Of a stretch of DNA of 34,287 nt, positions 24,650-33,622 are shown piece by piece. The stretch's first letter is position 1, and each line of letters begins with the position of its first letter. This stretch comes from Dehalococcoidia bacterium (GTDB lineage Bacteria; Chloroflexota; Dehalococcoidia; DSTF01; RBG-16-68-14): NCBI GenBank assembly GCA_040882355.1, contig JBBEBM010000027.1, forward strand, positions 1-34,287. Reading direction: 5' to 3'. The translations under genes were made by a program, and so were the position numbers. Under the pieces are notes generated by a model. The model ran no database searches and was not told the origin of the DNA. It worked only from the letters and a program-made list of their open reading frames with translations.

Positions 24650-25411
24650 ATGGAGCTTGCAGGGAAGGGCGCCATCGTTACGGGTTCCGCGGTCGGCGTC
24701 GGGCGGTCGGTGGCGCTGGAGCTTGCGAAGCGAGGCGCCAACGTGGTCGTCAACTACTCGCGATCAGAGACCGAGGCGAAGGAGACCGCGGCCGAGGTCG
24801 AGCGGCTGGGCGCGAAAGCGCTGCTTGCGCAAGCGGACGTCTCACGGGACGACGAGGTGCGGGGCATGGTGCAGCGCGCGCTCGGCGCCTTCGGCTCGGT
24901 CGATGTGCTCGTGAACAACGCGGCGACGACCGCGTTCGTCAACTTCGCGGACCTGGAGGGCATGAAGGAGGAGTACTGGGACCGGATCCTGGCGGTGAAC
25001 CTGAAAGGGCCATTCTTCTGCGCGCGCGCGGTGGCCGGGCCGATGAAGAAGGCCGGTCAGGGCGCGATCGTTAACATCGCGTCGATCGCCGGCATCAAGG
25101 CGATCGGCAGCTCCATCGCCTACGCCGCCTCGAAGGCGGGTCTGATCAACCTCACCATCGCCCTCGCCCGCGTGCTGGCGCCGGAGGTGCGGGTGAACTG
25201 TGTCGCGCCGGGCTTCATCGACACGCGCTGGTTGCGGGAGGGGCTCGGCCCGATCTTCGAGCCGGCCAAGGAGGCGACGGCGCAGCAGACGCCGCTAGGG
25301 CGGGTCTCAACGCCGGAAGACATCGCCCAGGTCGTGCTGGGCTTCATCGAAGGAGCGGATTTCGTCACGGGCCAGACGATGATCGTCGACGGCGGCGCCA
25401 GCATCCGCTAG
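24650..25411 (+). CDS. Classical SDR family oxidoreductase
   Basis: VTGSAVGVG, LVNNAA, YAASK, VNCVAPG, VTGQTMIVDGG; GAGGAGGAG SD before ATG 24650. Confidence 0.93.
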   Translation: MELAGKGAIVTGSAVGVGRSVALELAKRGANVVVNYSRSETEAKETAAEVERLGAKALLAQADVSRDDEVRGMVQRALGAFGSVDVLVNNAATTAFVNFADLEGMKEEYWDRILAVNLKGPFFCARAVAGPMKKAGQGAIVNIASIAGIKAIGSSIAYAASKAGLINLTIALARVLAPEVRVNCVAPGFIDTRWLREGLGPIFEPAKEATAQQTPLGRVSTPEDIAQVVLGFIEGADFVTGQTMIVDGGASIR

Positions 25412-25412
25412 C

Positions 25413-26195
25413 TCAGACCCAGCCCGCCTCTCGGAGGAACCGCGCGATTCGATGGTTGAACGCTGCGGGCCGCTCGAAATAGGAGGAGTGGCCAGCGCCG
25501 TCGATCACGTCGAACTGTGAGCCGGGCACCTGCTGGTGCGCGAGCTGCACGACATGCGGCGGCGTGACGGTATCATCCGCGCCAACCAGGAACAGGATCG
25601 GGATGCCCAATACCGAAAGCCTGTCTGCCGAGCTGCCTCGATAGCCCGGAATCGGGGCCAGAAAGTCGCGAGGGCGCGGCGGGTTCAGCCGGCCGATCAG
25701 CCGGTAGAGGTAGGCCAGGTCCGGTCGCTCTCGCTTGAGGCGGAGCGAGATGGCGCGCTGCGCGAGCGACCGCTGGCCGTGCGGCCCGTTCCGATGCTCG
25801 TCCTGCGCCTCACGGACCTCGTCGCTGACCGCGCCACCGGTTGTGCCGGCGAGCACGAGCGCCCCCACGCGCCCCGGATTGCGCAGCGAGAACCCCACAG
25901 CAGTGCGCCCGCCCATGGACTGGGCGACCAGCGCGAGCGACTCGATGTCCAGGTGATCGAGCAGCGCCCGCAGGTCGTCGGCGAACGCGCGCCGGCCAGG
26001 GCCACCGTGCGGGTCCTGGGAGCGGCCGAAGGCGCGATGGTCGAACGTGACGCAACGGTAGCGGTCCGCGAACGCGGGTACCTGCTGCCACCAGCTCAGG
26101 TGGTTCCCGCCGGCGCCGTGGGCGAAGGCGAGCGCGGGCCCTTCGCCATGGGACTCGTAGTAGAGGTCGATCTCGTTGACGGACGCGAATGGCAT
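25413..26195 (-). CDS. Alpha/beta fold hydrolase
   Basis: AHGAGG, FDHRAFGRS, AQSMGG, GADD, AGHS. Confidence 0.9.
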   Translation of the reverse strand: MPFASVNEIDLYYESHGEGPALAFAHGAGGNHLSWWQQVPAFADRYRCVTFDHRAFGRSQDPHGGPGRRAFADDLRALLDHLDIESLALVAQSMGGRTAVGFSLRNPGRVGALVLAGTTGGAVSDEVREAQDEHRNGPHGQRSLAQRAISLRLKRERPDLAYLYRLIGRLNPPRPRDFLAPIPGYRGSSADRLSVLGIPILFLVGADDTVTPPHVVQLAHQQVPGSQFDVIDGAGHSSYFERPAAFNHRIARFLREAGWV

Positions 26196-26479
26196 GGTAG
26201 AGCGGGCCAGGGTATCGGCGAGCGTAGCATCACAAAAGGTAGCTGGTCAAGCTGCGGATCTCTCTTGACAGGAGTGCGCCGAAGGTGTAGAGATACGGTA
26301 CAAAGCAGGGTCGGGGAGGCCTGGGCTGGCGTGAGCGGTATTCACCTACCTACCTTCCTCGAACCGTTTACCGTACGGCGTTCGTACGTATAATAGGGAC
26401 AACCTGGAAGGCAGCGAACGCCATCGCCAGCGCCTTCCGACGCGGGGCCTCGGGTAGAGAAAGGGAGGGAACCACCAAC

Positions 26480-28168
26480 ATGGACAAGACAAGCTACTGG
26501 GACCGCTTTCGCCGCCAACGCATCACGCGACGCCGGATGCTCGCCGCCACAGGGGTTGGCGCTGCAGGCCTGCTCATCGCCGCCGCTTGCGACGATGACG
26601 AAGGTGGCGACGGGGAGCCGTCCGACGGCACATCCGTCCCCAGCGGCACTCCCCAACCCGGCGGGCGGTACAAGTGGTCCACCTCGGTCATCTCCGACGC
26701 CACGTTCGGTCTTGACCCGCACCTCGCCATCGCTGCTGGCCTCGAATACTTCGCCCGCACGTACAACGTCCTGATCAACCGGTCCGCGGTGGACGACACA
26801 ACGATCGTATACGACCTGGCTGAGTCGTACGAGGTTATCAGTGAGGACGAAACCTCACCACAAACGTATAACTTTACGATCCGTCCCGGGGTGAAGATCC
26901 CTCCGAACAACCTGGATGTCCCGGAGCGAGATATGGACGCCGAGGACGCCGTCGCCACGTTCGAGCGGATCAAGGCGCAGCCGCTGGCGAACGCCTGCCA
27001 GTTCGTGTGCCAGTACTTCGCCAGCCATGCCGCGACCTCGCCATCGCTCTACACCGTGACGACGACGAAGCCGTACGCCTGGTTCGAGTTCAACATCGGC
27101 CGCGCTATCAGCACCATCCCGCCCAGGGAGTTCCTGGAGTCGGCCAAGCTGACGAGTGCAAGCGTAGGCGGTGGGCCATACTCCATCGCCGATGGCGCAT
27201 TCGTCGATGGAGAGCGGGTCGCTCTCGAGAAGAATCCCGTGTACTGGGACACGGGCAAGCCTTACATGGACGGGTACGATGTGATTATCATTCCCGACCG
27301 GCCCGGCCTGCGAGCCTCCTTCATTTCAGAGCAGAGCTATCAGTACGGCGCGGCGAGCGAGGCGGAGGTCGCCGAGCTGATCGGTGACCACGATGTCTAC
27401 AAGGCATCGGACGAGCCCTCCTACACCTTCATCGGCTTCGCCATGAACGTGCTGCGTCCGCCATGGGACGACCCGCGCATCCGCAAGGCCGCAATGCACG
27501 CGATCAACCGCCAGGACTACATTGACCGCGTCTACGGCGGCGCCGCCCAGGCGAACGGCATCGTCCACTGGCCGGTAACCGGTGCGCTCGACCCAGCCGA
27601 GCTGGAGGAGCTCCAGGGGTACAATCCGCAGATGTCCAAGGACCTGATTCGGGAAGTCACCGGCCAGGACTCAATCGACATCACCGTGATGTTCCCCACC
27701 AGCCCCATCCAGGAGCACGAGCTGCACCTACCGATCTTCATCGACCAGATGACACAGGCGGGCTTCAACGTGAACCAGGTGCCATTGGACCTGGGCGGCT
27801 GGCTCACCGCGTATCGGGCGAAGGACTACGACGCCAGCCTGTCCTTGAACCAGATCTACGAGACGGCCGAAATCCCGCTCGACTTCCAGCACTCCAAGGG
27901 CCCGGCCGGCAGCGAGATCTACGCAGGCGGCCTGCAGGACCCGGAGATTGACGCCGCAATCGACGCGACGAAGTCGATCACGAACTTCGACGAGCGCGTC
28001 GAGGCGGTCAAGGCCGTGCAGCGCCAGATCTACGAGGCGGGCCCGGCGTTCTTGCCGTTTGTCAGCCCGCTCAGCCGCACGATCTACTGGAATTACGTGA
28101 AGGACGTGCCGATTGGCCTTGGAAGCACGGGCCTGTTCCTCGTCAAGAACGTGTGGCTCGACTTGTAG
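26480..28168 (+). CDS. ABC transporter substrate-binding lipoprotein, family 5 (peptide/nickel type), Tat signal
   Basis: ITRRRML twin-Arg signal plus AAAC lipobox; GGGPY, KNPVYW, PPWDDPRIRKA...AINR; GGGAGG SD; TATAAT at 26389-26394. Confidence 0.92.
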   Translation: MDKTSYWDRFRRQRITRRRMLAATGVGAAGLLIAAACDDDEGGDGEPSDGTSVPSGTPQPGGRYKWSTSVISDATFGLDPHLAIAAGLEYFARTYNVLINRSAVDDTTIVYDLAESYEVISEDETSPQTYNFTIRPGVKIPPNNLDVPERDMDAEDAVATFERIKAQPLANACQFVCQYFASHAATSPSLYTVTTTKPYAWFEFNIGRAISTIPPREFLESAKLTSASVGGGPYSIADGAFVDGERVALEKNPVYWDTGKPYMDGYDVIIIPDRPGLRASFISEQSYQYGAASEAEVAELIGDHDVYKASDEPSYTFIGFAMNVLRPPWDDPRIRKAAMHAINRQDYIDRVYGGAAQANGIVHWPVTGALDPAELEELQGYNPQMSKDLIREVTGQDSIDITVMFPTSPIQEHELHLPIFIDQMTQAGFNVNQVPLDLGGWLTAYRAKDYDASLSLNQIYETAEIPLDFQHSKGPAGSEIYAGGLQDPEIDAAIDATKSITNFDERVEAVKAVQRQIYEAGPAFLPFVSPLSRTIYWNYVKDVPIGLGSTGLFLVKNVWLDL

Positions 28169-28177
28169 GAGCGCTGC

Positions 28178-29173
28178 GTGCGAGCGTACATCATCAGACG
28201 GCTGATCAGCGGAGTGGTGATCCTCTTTATCCTCTCGATCGTCACCTTCCTCCTGCTGAGGGTCGTAGCAGGCGACTCGGCCGACCTCCTGTGCGGGCTG
28301 GCCTGCGATGAAGAGGGAATCGAGCAGTTCCGCGAAAAACTGGGTCTCAACGACCCGTACTTCCCGATCTCCCTGACGGGTGAGCCGCCCTTCGTCGAAT
28401 TCAGCAGGGACAACCAGTACACGACGTGGATCAAAGATCTGCTGACGGGCAACCTGGGGTCTGCCGCGATCAACCAGAAGCCGCTGATCGATACGATGCA
28501 ACAGCGCTTACCTGTCACGGTTGAGTTGCTGATCATCACCGTGATCTTCACGGTGGCCGTCGGCGTCCCGTTCGGCGTGATCTCCGCGCTCTATCGAAAC
28601 TCCTTCTCGGACTACATCGTCCGCGTGACGGCGGTGCTGGGCCTCGCCCTGCCCTCGTTCTGGGTCGCCACGCTCGTCATCTACTTCCCCAGCCAGTGGT
28701 GGAGCTACTCGCCACCGTTTGGAGGCATGATTAGCTTTGTCGACGATCCCTGGGGCAACCTGCGCCAGTTCGTCCCGCCAGCGGCTGTGCTTGCGCTGGC
28801 TTCGGCGGCGGGCATCATGCGGCTCACCCGCTCGTCGTTGCTGGAAGTGATGCGTACCGATTACATCCGCACCGCGCGGTCGAAAGGGCTGCAGGACCGC
28901 ACCGTGATCTCGAGGCACGCCCTGAAGAACTCGATGATTCCCGTTATTACGGTGCTCGGCCTGCAGGTTGCCGGCCTGCTGGGTGGCAGTGTCATCATCG
29001 AGTTCATCTTTGGCCTGCCCGGAATCGGCCTGCTCCTCTACGAGTCGCTCCTCCGCCGCGACTACCAGGTGGTGCAGAGCATGACACTCTACATCGGGGC
29101 GGCGGTCATCCTCATGAACCTGTTGGTCGATATCAGCTATGCCTGGCTCGACCCCCGCATTCGCTACTCGTGA
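28178..29173 (+). CDS. ABC transporter permease (DppB/OppB-like)
   Basis: YIIRRL, GNLGS, RLPVTVEL, LPSFW, EAA loop DYIRTARSKGL, HALKN, LDPRIRY. Confidence 0.94.
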   Translation: MRAYIIRRLISGVVILFILSIVTFLLLRVVAGDSADLLCGLACDEEGIEQFREKLGLNDPYFPISLTGEPPFVEFSRDNQYTTWIKDLLTGNLGSAAINQKPLIDTMQQRLPVTVELLIITVIFTVAVGVPFGVISALYRNSFSDYIVRVTAVLGLALPSFWVATLVIYFPSQWWSYSPPFGGMISFVDDPWGNLRQFVPPAAVLALASAAGIMRLTRSSLLEVMRTDYIRTARSKGLQDRTVISRHALKNSMIPVITVLGLQVAGLLGGSVIIEFIFGLPGIGLLLYESLLRRDYQVVQSMTLYIGAAVILMNLLVDISYAWLDPRIRYS

Positions 29174-29181
29174 GGTGAGGT

Positions 29182-30093
29182 ATGGCGACATCGTCTGAAG
29201 CGATAGGCGTTCTCGGAATCCCGGCGGAGGAGGCCCTCCGGCCGCGGCGTCACTGGACCAGGTCGGCCTTGCGGATGGCTCGGCAGAACCCTCTCGGCAC
29301 GTTCGGTCTCGCGATCATCATCTTTCTCGCTGTCGTCGCGGTCTTCGCACCGGTGATCGCTCCGTACGACGTGGGCGAATACACGGCGGGCCAGCCAAGG
29401 GAAGACATGTCGTGGGCGCACCCCTTTGGCACGGACGACATCGGCCGCGACATGTTTAGCCGCGTCGTCTTTGGCGCCCGCATCTCGATGGGGGTCGCTT
29501 TCCTCTCCGTCCTCGCCGGCACGGCGATCGCGCTGGTCCTGGGCATCACGTCGGGCTACGTCGGCGGGGCACTCGATAACTTCATGCAACGGACAGTGGA
29601 TACTGTCCTCGCCTTCCCGCAACTGCTGTTTCTGCTGATCCTCGCGACGATTCTCGGACCCTCGTTCCAGACGGTGGTGTTCGCGATCGCCATCGGCATC
29701 GTTGCGCCGGTGACGCGGATCATTAGGGGAGCTGTGCTCTCCGAACGGAATAACCAGTACGTGGAGGCCGCGCGCGCGCTGGGCGCGACGACGCCGCGGA
29801 TCCTGTTCATACATATCGCGCCCAATGTCGTGGCGTTGGCCATTATTATTGCCACGACACTGCTCGGCCTAGCCATCCTGGCCGAGGCCTCGCTTTCGTT
29901 CCTGGGGCTGGGCATCCCGGTGCCGAACCCCTCCTGGGGAACCGACATTAACCGCGCGCGCAACGCGCTGCCGTTCCACCTGCCGTGGGTGTTCTTCCCC
30001 GGTCTGGCGATCACGCTGACCGTGCTCGCTTTCAACCTCCTCGGCGACACGCTGCGCGACCTGCTCGACCCGCGGCTGCGCGGCCGCCTGTAG
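29182..30093 (+). CDS. ABC transporter permease (DppC/OppC-like)
   Basis: HPFGTDDIGRDMFSR, YVEAARALGA, EASLSFLGLG, PSWG, FNLLGDTLRDLLDPR. Confidence 0.94.
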   Translation: MATSSEAIGVLGIPAEEALRPRRHWTRSALRMARQNPLGTFGLAIIIFLAVVAVFAPVIAPYDVGEYTAGQPREDMSWAHPFGTDDIGRDMFSRVVFGARISMGVAFLSVLAGTAIALVLGITSGYVGGALDNFMQRTVDTVLAFPQLLFLLILATILGPSFQTVVFAIAIGIVAPVTRIIRGAVLSERNNQYVEAARALGATTPRILFIHIAPNVVALAIIIATTLLGLAILAEASLSFLGLGIPVPNPSWGTDINRARNALPFHLPWVFFPGLAITLTVLAFNLLGDTLRDLLDPRLRGRL

Positions 30094-30116
30094 CACACGC
30101 GATTCGTTCGCTAACG

Positions 30117-30149
30117 AAGGGAGCCGCCGGACGTCCGGCGGCTCTTCTC
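30117..30149. terminator. GC-rich hairpin between convergent genes (probable terminator)
   Basis: Perfect 24-bp palindrome gagccgccggacgtccggcggctc (30121-30144) flanked by aagg and ttctc. Confidence 0.65.
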
Positions 30150-30169
30150 GTCAGCGGCGCGACGGCAGG

Positions 30170-30952
30170 CTACTGCGTGAGGAACTCCGTCACGAGATGG
30201 ACGAACTCGTCCCGCTTCTCGAACATCGGGAAGTGGCCGCACTCCGGCAAGATCGCCACGCGCGAGTCCTTGATCCCCGACTGAAAGTCCTCCGCATAGC
30301 TGGCCGGCACAAGCCCGTCCGATTCGCCCCAGATGATCAGCGTCGACGACTGGATGCGATGGATGCGGCGCTTCAGGCCCTTGTCCGGGATCGGCCAGAG
30401 GAACTTGCTCGCGGTCGCCAGCGACTGCATGCGCTGGAAGAGCATCTCGATACGGTCCTCCATCGCATCCGGCACTGGAAACGACTCCCCGATCAGCGGC
30501 GACTGCGGGTCGTGCCAGGTGTAGGGCAGCGACTGTTCCGGGCTGAGCGTGAAGAAATCGAGCACCGGGGCGTCGTCGCGCCAGAGGCCGACAGGGTTCG
30601 CGAGCACAAGGCGCCGGACGCGATGCGGGCAGAGCGCCGCCATCTCGGCCGCGAGCATGCCGCCCATCGAGTGGCCGACCACGTGCGCCGACTCGATTTC
30701 GAGCGCGTCCATGACGTCGTGGTAGTACAGGGCCAGGTCGATCACGTCCTCGATGTGCTCGATGCCCTCGGACGCGCCGAAGCCCGGGTGTGACGGCGCA
30801 TAGACCGTGAAGCGCTCGGCGAGCGCGTCCAGGTAGGCGCCTTCGTGCAGGCCGCCGGCGCCGTGGAGGAAGAGCAGCGGCTCGCCGGAGCCGGCCTGTC
30901 GCAGGTCGGCGCTGAACATGCCCTCGCGGACTGAGATCGCGCGCGCCTCCAT
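30170..30952 (-). CDS. Alpha/beta fold hydrolase
   Basis: FLHGAGG, HPGFGAS, GHSMGG, WGESD, CGHFP; ATG 30952 overlaps the LLM stop (TGATG). Confidence 0.9.
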   Translation of the reverse strand: MEARAISVREGMFSADLRQAGSGEPLLFLHGAGGLHEGAYLDALAERFTVYAPSHPGFGASEGIEHIEDVIDLALYYHDVMDALEIESAHVVGHSMGGMLAAEMAALCPHRVRRLVLANPVGLWRDDAPVLDFFTLSPEQSLPYTWHDPQSPLIGESFPVPDAMEDRIEMLFQRMQSLATASKFLWPIPDKGLKRRIHRIQSSTLIIWGESDGLVPASYAEDFQSGIKDSRVAILPECGHFPMFEKRDEFVHLVTEFLTQ

Positions 30953-32211
30953 CAGGAGCCTCCAGCCGGCGCGCCGACCTCCGCTGGCTGAGGCGAGACG
31001 CGGGCCGCGCCCTCCAGCGGATCGATCCACCAGTGGTCGTCGTACTCGCTCCAGAGGTTGCGGACGTGCGGCATCACCTCGCGGGCGAAGAGCTCGGTGT
31101 TCTTGCGCACGAGCTCCGGCGGCATGCTGCCGAACTGGAGCAGCACCATCATCTGGCCGATGCGCAGCGCCTTCGCCGCCTCCTCCAGCTTCTGACGGAC
31201 CGTCTCCGGCGAGCCGGCGAGGATGAAGCCCTGCTCGACGAAGTCCTTCCACTTAAGCTGACCCGAGGCCATCATCGTCCTCACCTGCTGGCCAAGCTGC
31301 GATTGCAGACCGGCGCGCACCGTGCGCATCGTCCGGTAGCCGGGCGCGTCGGCGAAGCCCGGCCAGATGTGCAGGCAGCGGTTGTAGAAGTACTCGGCGT
31401 GCTCGGCGTAATCTCGCTCCGCCTGTGCATCGGTTTCGGAGACGGCGACGAACTGCAGGAAGCCCGCGCGATAGGGGTTGGCCTCTTTGCCCTGACGGTC
31501 GACCTCCTCCCAGAACCCGTCCATCACCTTCTGACCGCGCTGGTGCCCGAAGTAGCTGAGATAGCAGTAGACATAATCCCGACTCGTGACCCACTCCCAC
31601 GTCTCGACGCTACCGCCGCCCGGGATCCAGATCGGCGGGTGCGGCTTCTGCACGGGGCGAGGCCACGTGTTGACGTAGCGGAGCTGCGTGTACTTGCCGT
31701 TGAACGAGAAGACGTCGGGGCGGGTCCAGGCCTGGATAATCAGGTCGTGCGCCTCCTGGTACTTCTCGCGCAGGTCGGCGGGAGTCGTGCCATAGCAGTA
31801 GTTCGTGTCCATCGATGTCCCGACGGGGAAGCCGGCCACGAGCCGCCCGCCCGAGAGGCAGTCGAGCATCGCGAACTCTTCGGCGACGCGCGTGGGCGGG
31901 TTGTAGAGGGCGATGCTGTTGCCGAGGACGACGATCGCCGCGTCGTTCGTGCGACGGGCGAGCGCCGACGCCATCAGGTTGGGCGACGGCATCATGCCGT
32001 AGGCGTTCTGGTGGTGCTCGTTGACGCAGATGCCATCGAAGCCGAGCGTGGCCGCGTGCTCCAGCTCGTCCAGGTACTCGTTGTAGAGCTGATGGCCCTT
32101 CGCCGGGTCGAACAGCGAGCTCGGCACGTCCACCCAGACGCTGCGGTGCTGCTCGGTGAAGTCGTCCGGCAGGAACCGATAGGGCATGAGATGGAAGAAG
32201 TGGAGCTTCAT
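30952..32211 (-). CDS. LLM-class (luciferase-like) flavin-dependent oxidoreductase
   Basis: GFDGICVNEHH, PSPN, RVAEEFAMLDCLSGGRL, WPRPVQKPHPPIW, GSPETV, LFAREVMP; GAGGAGG SD. Confidence 0.93.
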   Translation of the reverse strand: MKLHFFHLMPYRFLPDDFTEQHRSVWVDVPSSLFDPAKGHQLYNEYLDELEHAATLGFDGICVNEHHQNAYGMMPSPNLMASALARRTNDAAIVVLGNSIALYNPPTRVAEEFAMLDCLSGGRLVAGFPVGTSMDTNYCYGTTPADLREKYQEAHDLIIQAWTRPDVFSFNGKYTQLRYVNTWPRPVQKPHPPIWIPGGGSVETWEWVTSRDYVYCYLSYFGHQRGQKVMDGFWEEVDRQGKEANPYRAGFLQFVAVSETDAQAERDYAEHAEYFYNRCLHIWPGFADAPGYRTMRTVRAGLQSQLGQQVRTMMASGQLKWKDFVEQGFILAGSPETVRQKLEEAAKALRIGQMMVLLQFGSMPPELVRKNTELFAREVMPHVRNLWSEYDDHWWIDPLEGAARVSPQPAEVGAPAGGS

Positions 32212-32386
32212 AGGCGGACCTCCTCAGATTCGCGCCCAACGTCACGGCGCGGCGCCATTATGGCACGATTACGCGAACAATGCATCGGCACTGGCCGCCT
32301 CGGCCGCGCTTGCGCCTCGATCAGGGGTCCGCGGTCACCGTAATAGCTCGCAATTCGGCCGACGAAGTCACGGACGGCCGAAACCG

Positions 32387-33472
32387 CTAGTCGACAGGAC
32401 AGCCCGGGAAGTCTAACACCGCGATCTCGACCGGCAAGTCCAGCCGCGGCATGATCACAATATGGTGAGGCCGCGTCATCCTCTCCTCCCCCGGACACCC
32501 GGACGAGGGCAGGTTGTGAATGACCCGCACAACCATTGCCTTTCCCGTCACCGTCCAGCCTGCGCCGACAAGGAGTCTGTGGCCGGTCGTCGGATATTCG
32601 TCGAAGACGCCTACCACCATCTCGCGTTCGAAGTCGATTACGACATCGGGCGGTGCGATATCGACATCGCCGGCGTGCTCTGCCCAGAGCGCCTGCCACT
32701 CCTGCTGCGTGCGGGCGACGCGCACCTCCGGCGGGTGCGTGCCGATGCCGCTCGCGGTGCCCCGCGCGATCGTCTCCACCGAGCAGTAGGCAGCCGCTTT
32801 CTTCACCGCGAGGCTGACGGGCAGGTCGGTGCGCTGCACCTCCACGATCTGGCTGGTGCTGTTGAAGACCGGCAGCGCAATACAGGCCGGGCCGGGCCAA
32901 GCGAACGTGGCCCGGACGCTCGCCTCGCTCGCGTCGACGGCGATCTGCTCGATTCGCAGAGCATAGCCTTTGCTTTCTCGCGTGACCACGACGCCGACCA
33001 CCATCTCAGTGGCGAAGTCCACCGATGGGAGCGGGACCAGCCCGAAGCCGCACTCGGTCCAGAGCGACTCGAATTCGTCGGCCGTGCGCGCCACGCGCAA
33101 AGTGGGCGCGTGGGCCTTGATGCCCTGGCAGTGATCCTGGTCTATGACTTCGAAGGGCTGCTCTTCAGCTCCACCCGGGCAGGCAGCGCCGAACCTGGTG
33201 ACGGTTAGCGCGATGTCCGCGATACTCGCAGCCCCGTCGATGTTCAGGTCGTATGCCGGGTACCACGCGTCCTGCCGGATGCCCGTCCCGAAGTGTTGTA
33301 CGACGAGCGCAATGTCGCCCGTGTCGACCGCTTGGTCAGCGTTGAAGTCCGGGCAGTCAGCCGTCGGCCCGACTGCTTCAGCGGGCGCGTTCGCTGCGCC
33401 ACCCAGCAGGGCGAACAAGGCGAGGACGCCTATCGAAACGAGAAACGCGCGAAACAGGAAGTGCTTGCTCAT
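32387..33472 (-). CDS. Secreted protein: N-terminal dockerin-like module plus two PrcB-C-like domains
   Basis: Signal peptide; CPDFNADQAVDTGDIALVVQHFG...YDLNIDGAASIADIALTVTRFGAAC; two copies of 'VART..E...LW...P...DF..EMVVGV...GY/GH.L...C...'; GGAGG SD. Confidence 0.78.
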   Translation of the reverse strand: MSKHFLFRAFLVSIGVLALFALLGGAANAPAEAVGPTADCPDFNADQAVDTGDIALVVQHFGTGIRQDAWYPAYDLNIDGAASIADIALTVTRFGAACPGGAEEQPFEVIDQDHCQGIKAHAPTLRVARTADEFESLWTECGFGLVPLPSVDFATEMVVGVVVTRESKGYALRIEQIAVDASEASVRATFAWPGPACIALPVFNSTSQIVEVQRTDLPVSLAVKKAAAYCSVETIARGTASGIGTHPPEVRVARTQQEWQALWAEHAGDVDIAPPDVVIDFEREMVVGVFDEYPTTGHRLLVGAGWTVTGKAMVVRVIHNLPSSGCPGEERMTRPHHIVIMPRLDLPVEIAVLDFPGCPVD

Positions 33473-33497
33473 CACGGCCACCTCCGACTACGCGGCT

Positions 33498-33574
33498 ATT
33501 GTACTCCTCTCGCGGGCCCTGTCAACAGCTAGCTTCGCCGTCCATTGACAACCTTCCTGAGCGTCCACTAAGAT
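33498..33574. promoter_or_regulatory. Back-to-back divergent sigma70 promoters
   Basis: Minus: TTGACA (33525-33520)-16 nt-TACAAT (33503-33498). Plus: TTGACA (33545-33550)-18 nt-TAAGAT (33569-33574). Confidence 0.65.
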
Positions 33575-33622
33575 AGCGTCGATAGTAGAGGTAGAAGAGT
33601 CATCCTCCAGGAGGAGCGCACC

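Noticed and set aside
30953..31252. 100-aa N-terminal extension of the hydrolase ORF 30170..31252
   Set aside because: It overlaps the LLM gene in another frame; TGATG coupling marks the real start at 30952.
32354..32384. Hammerhead-like sequence (ccgacga…gaaac)
   Set aside because: The core is not CUGANGA and stem II cannot form. It is more simply a ttcggccg/cggccgaa hairpin after the stop of the secreted-protein gene.
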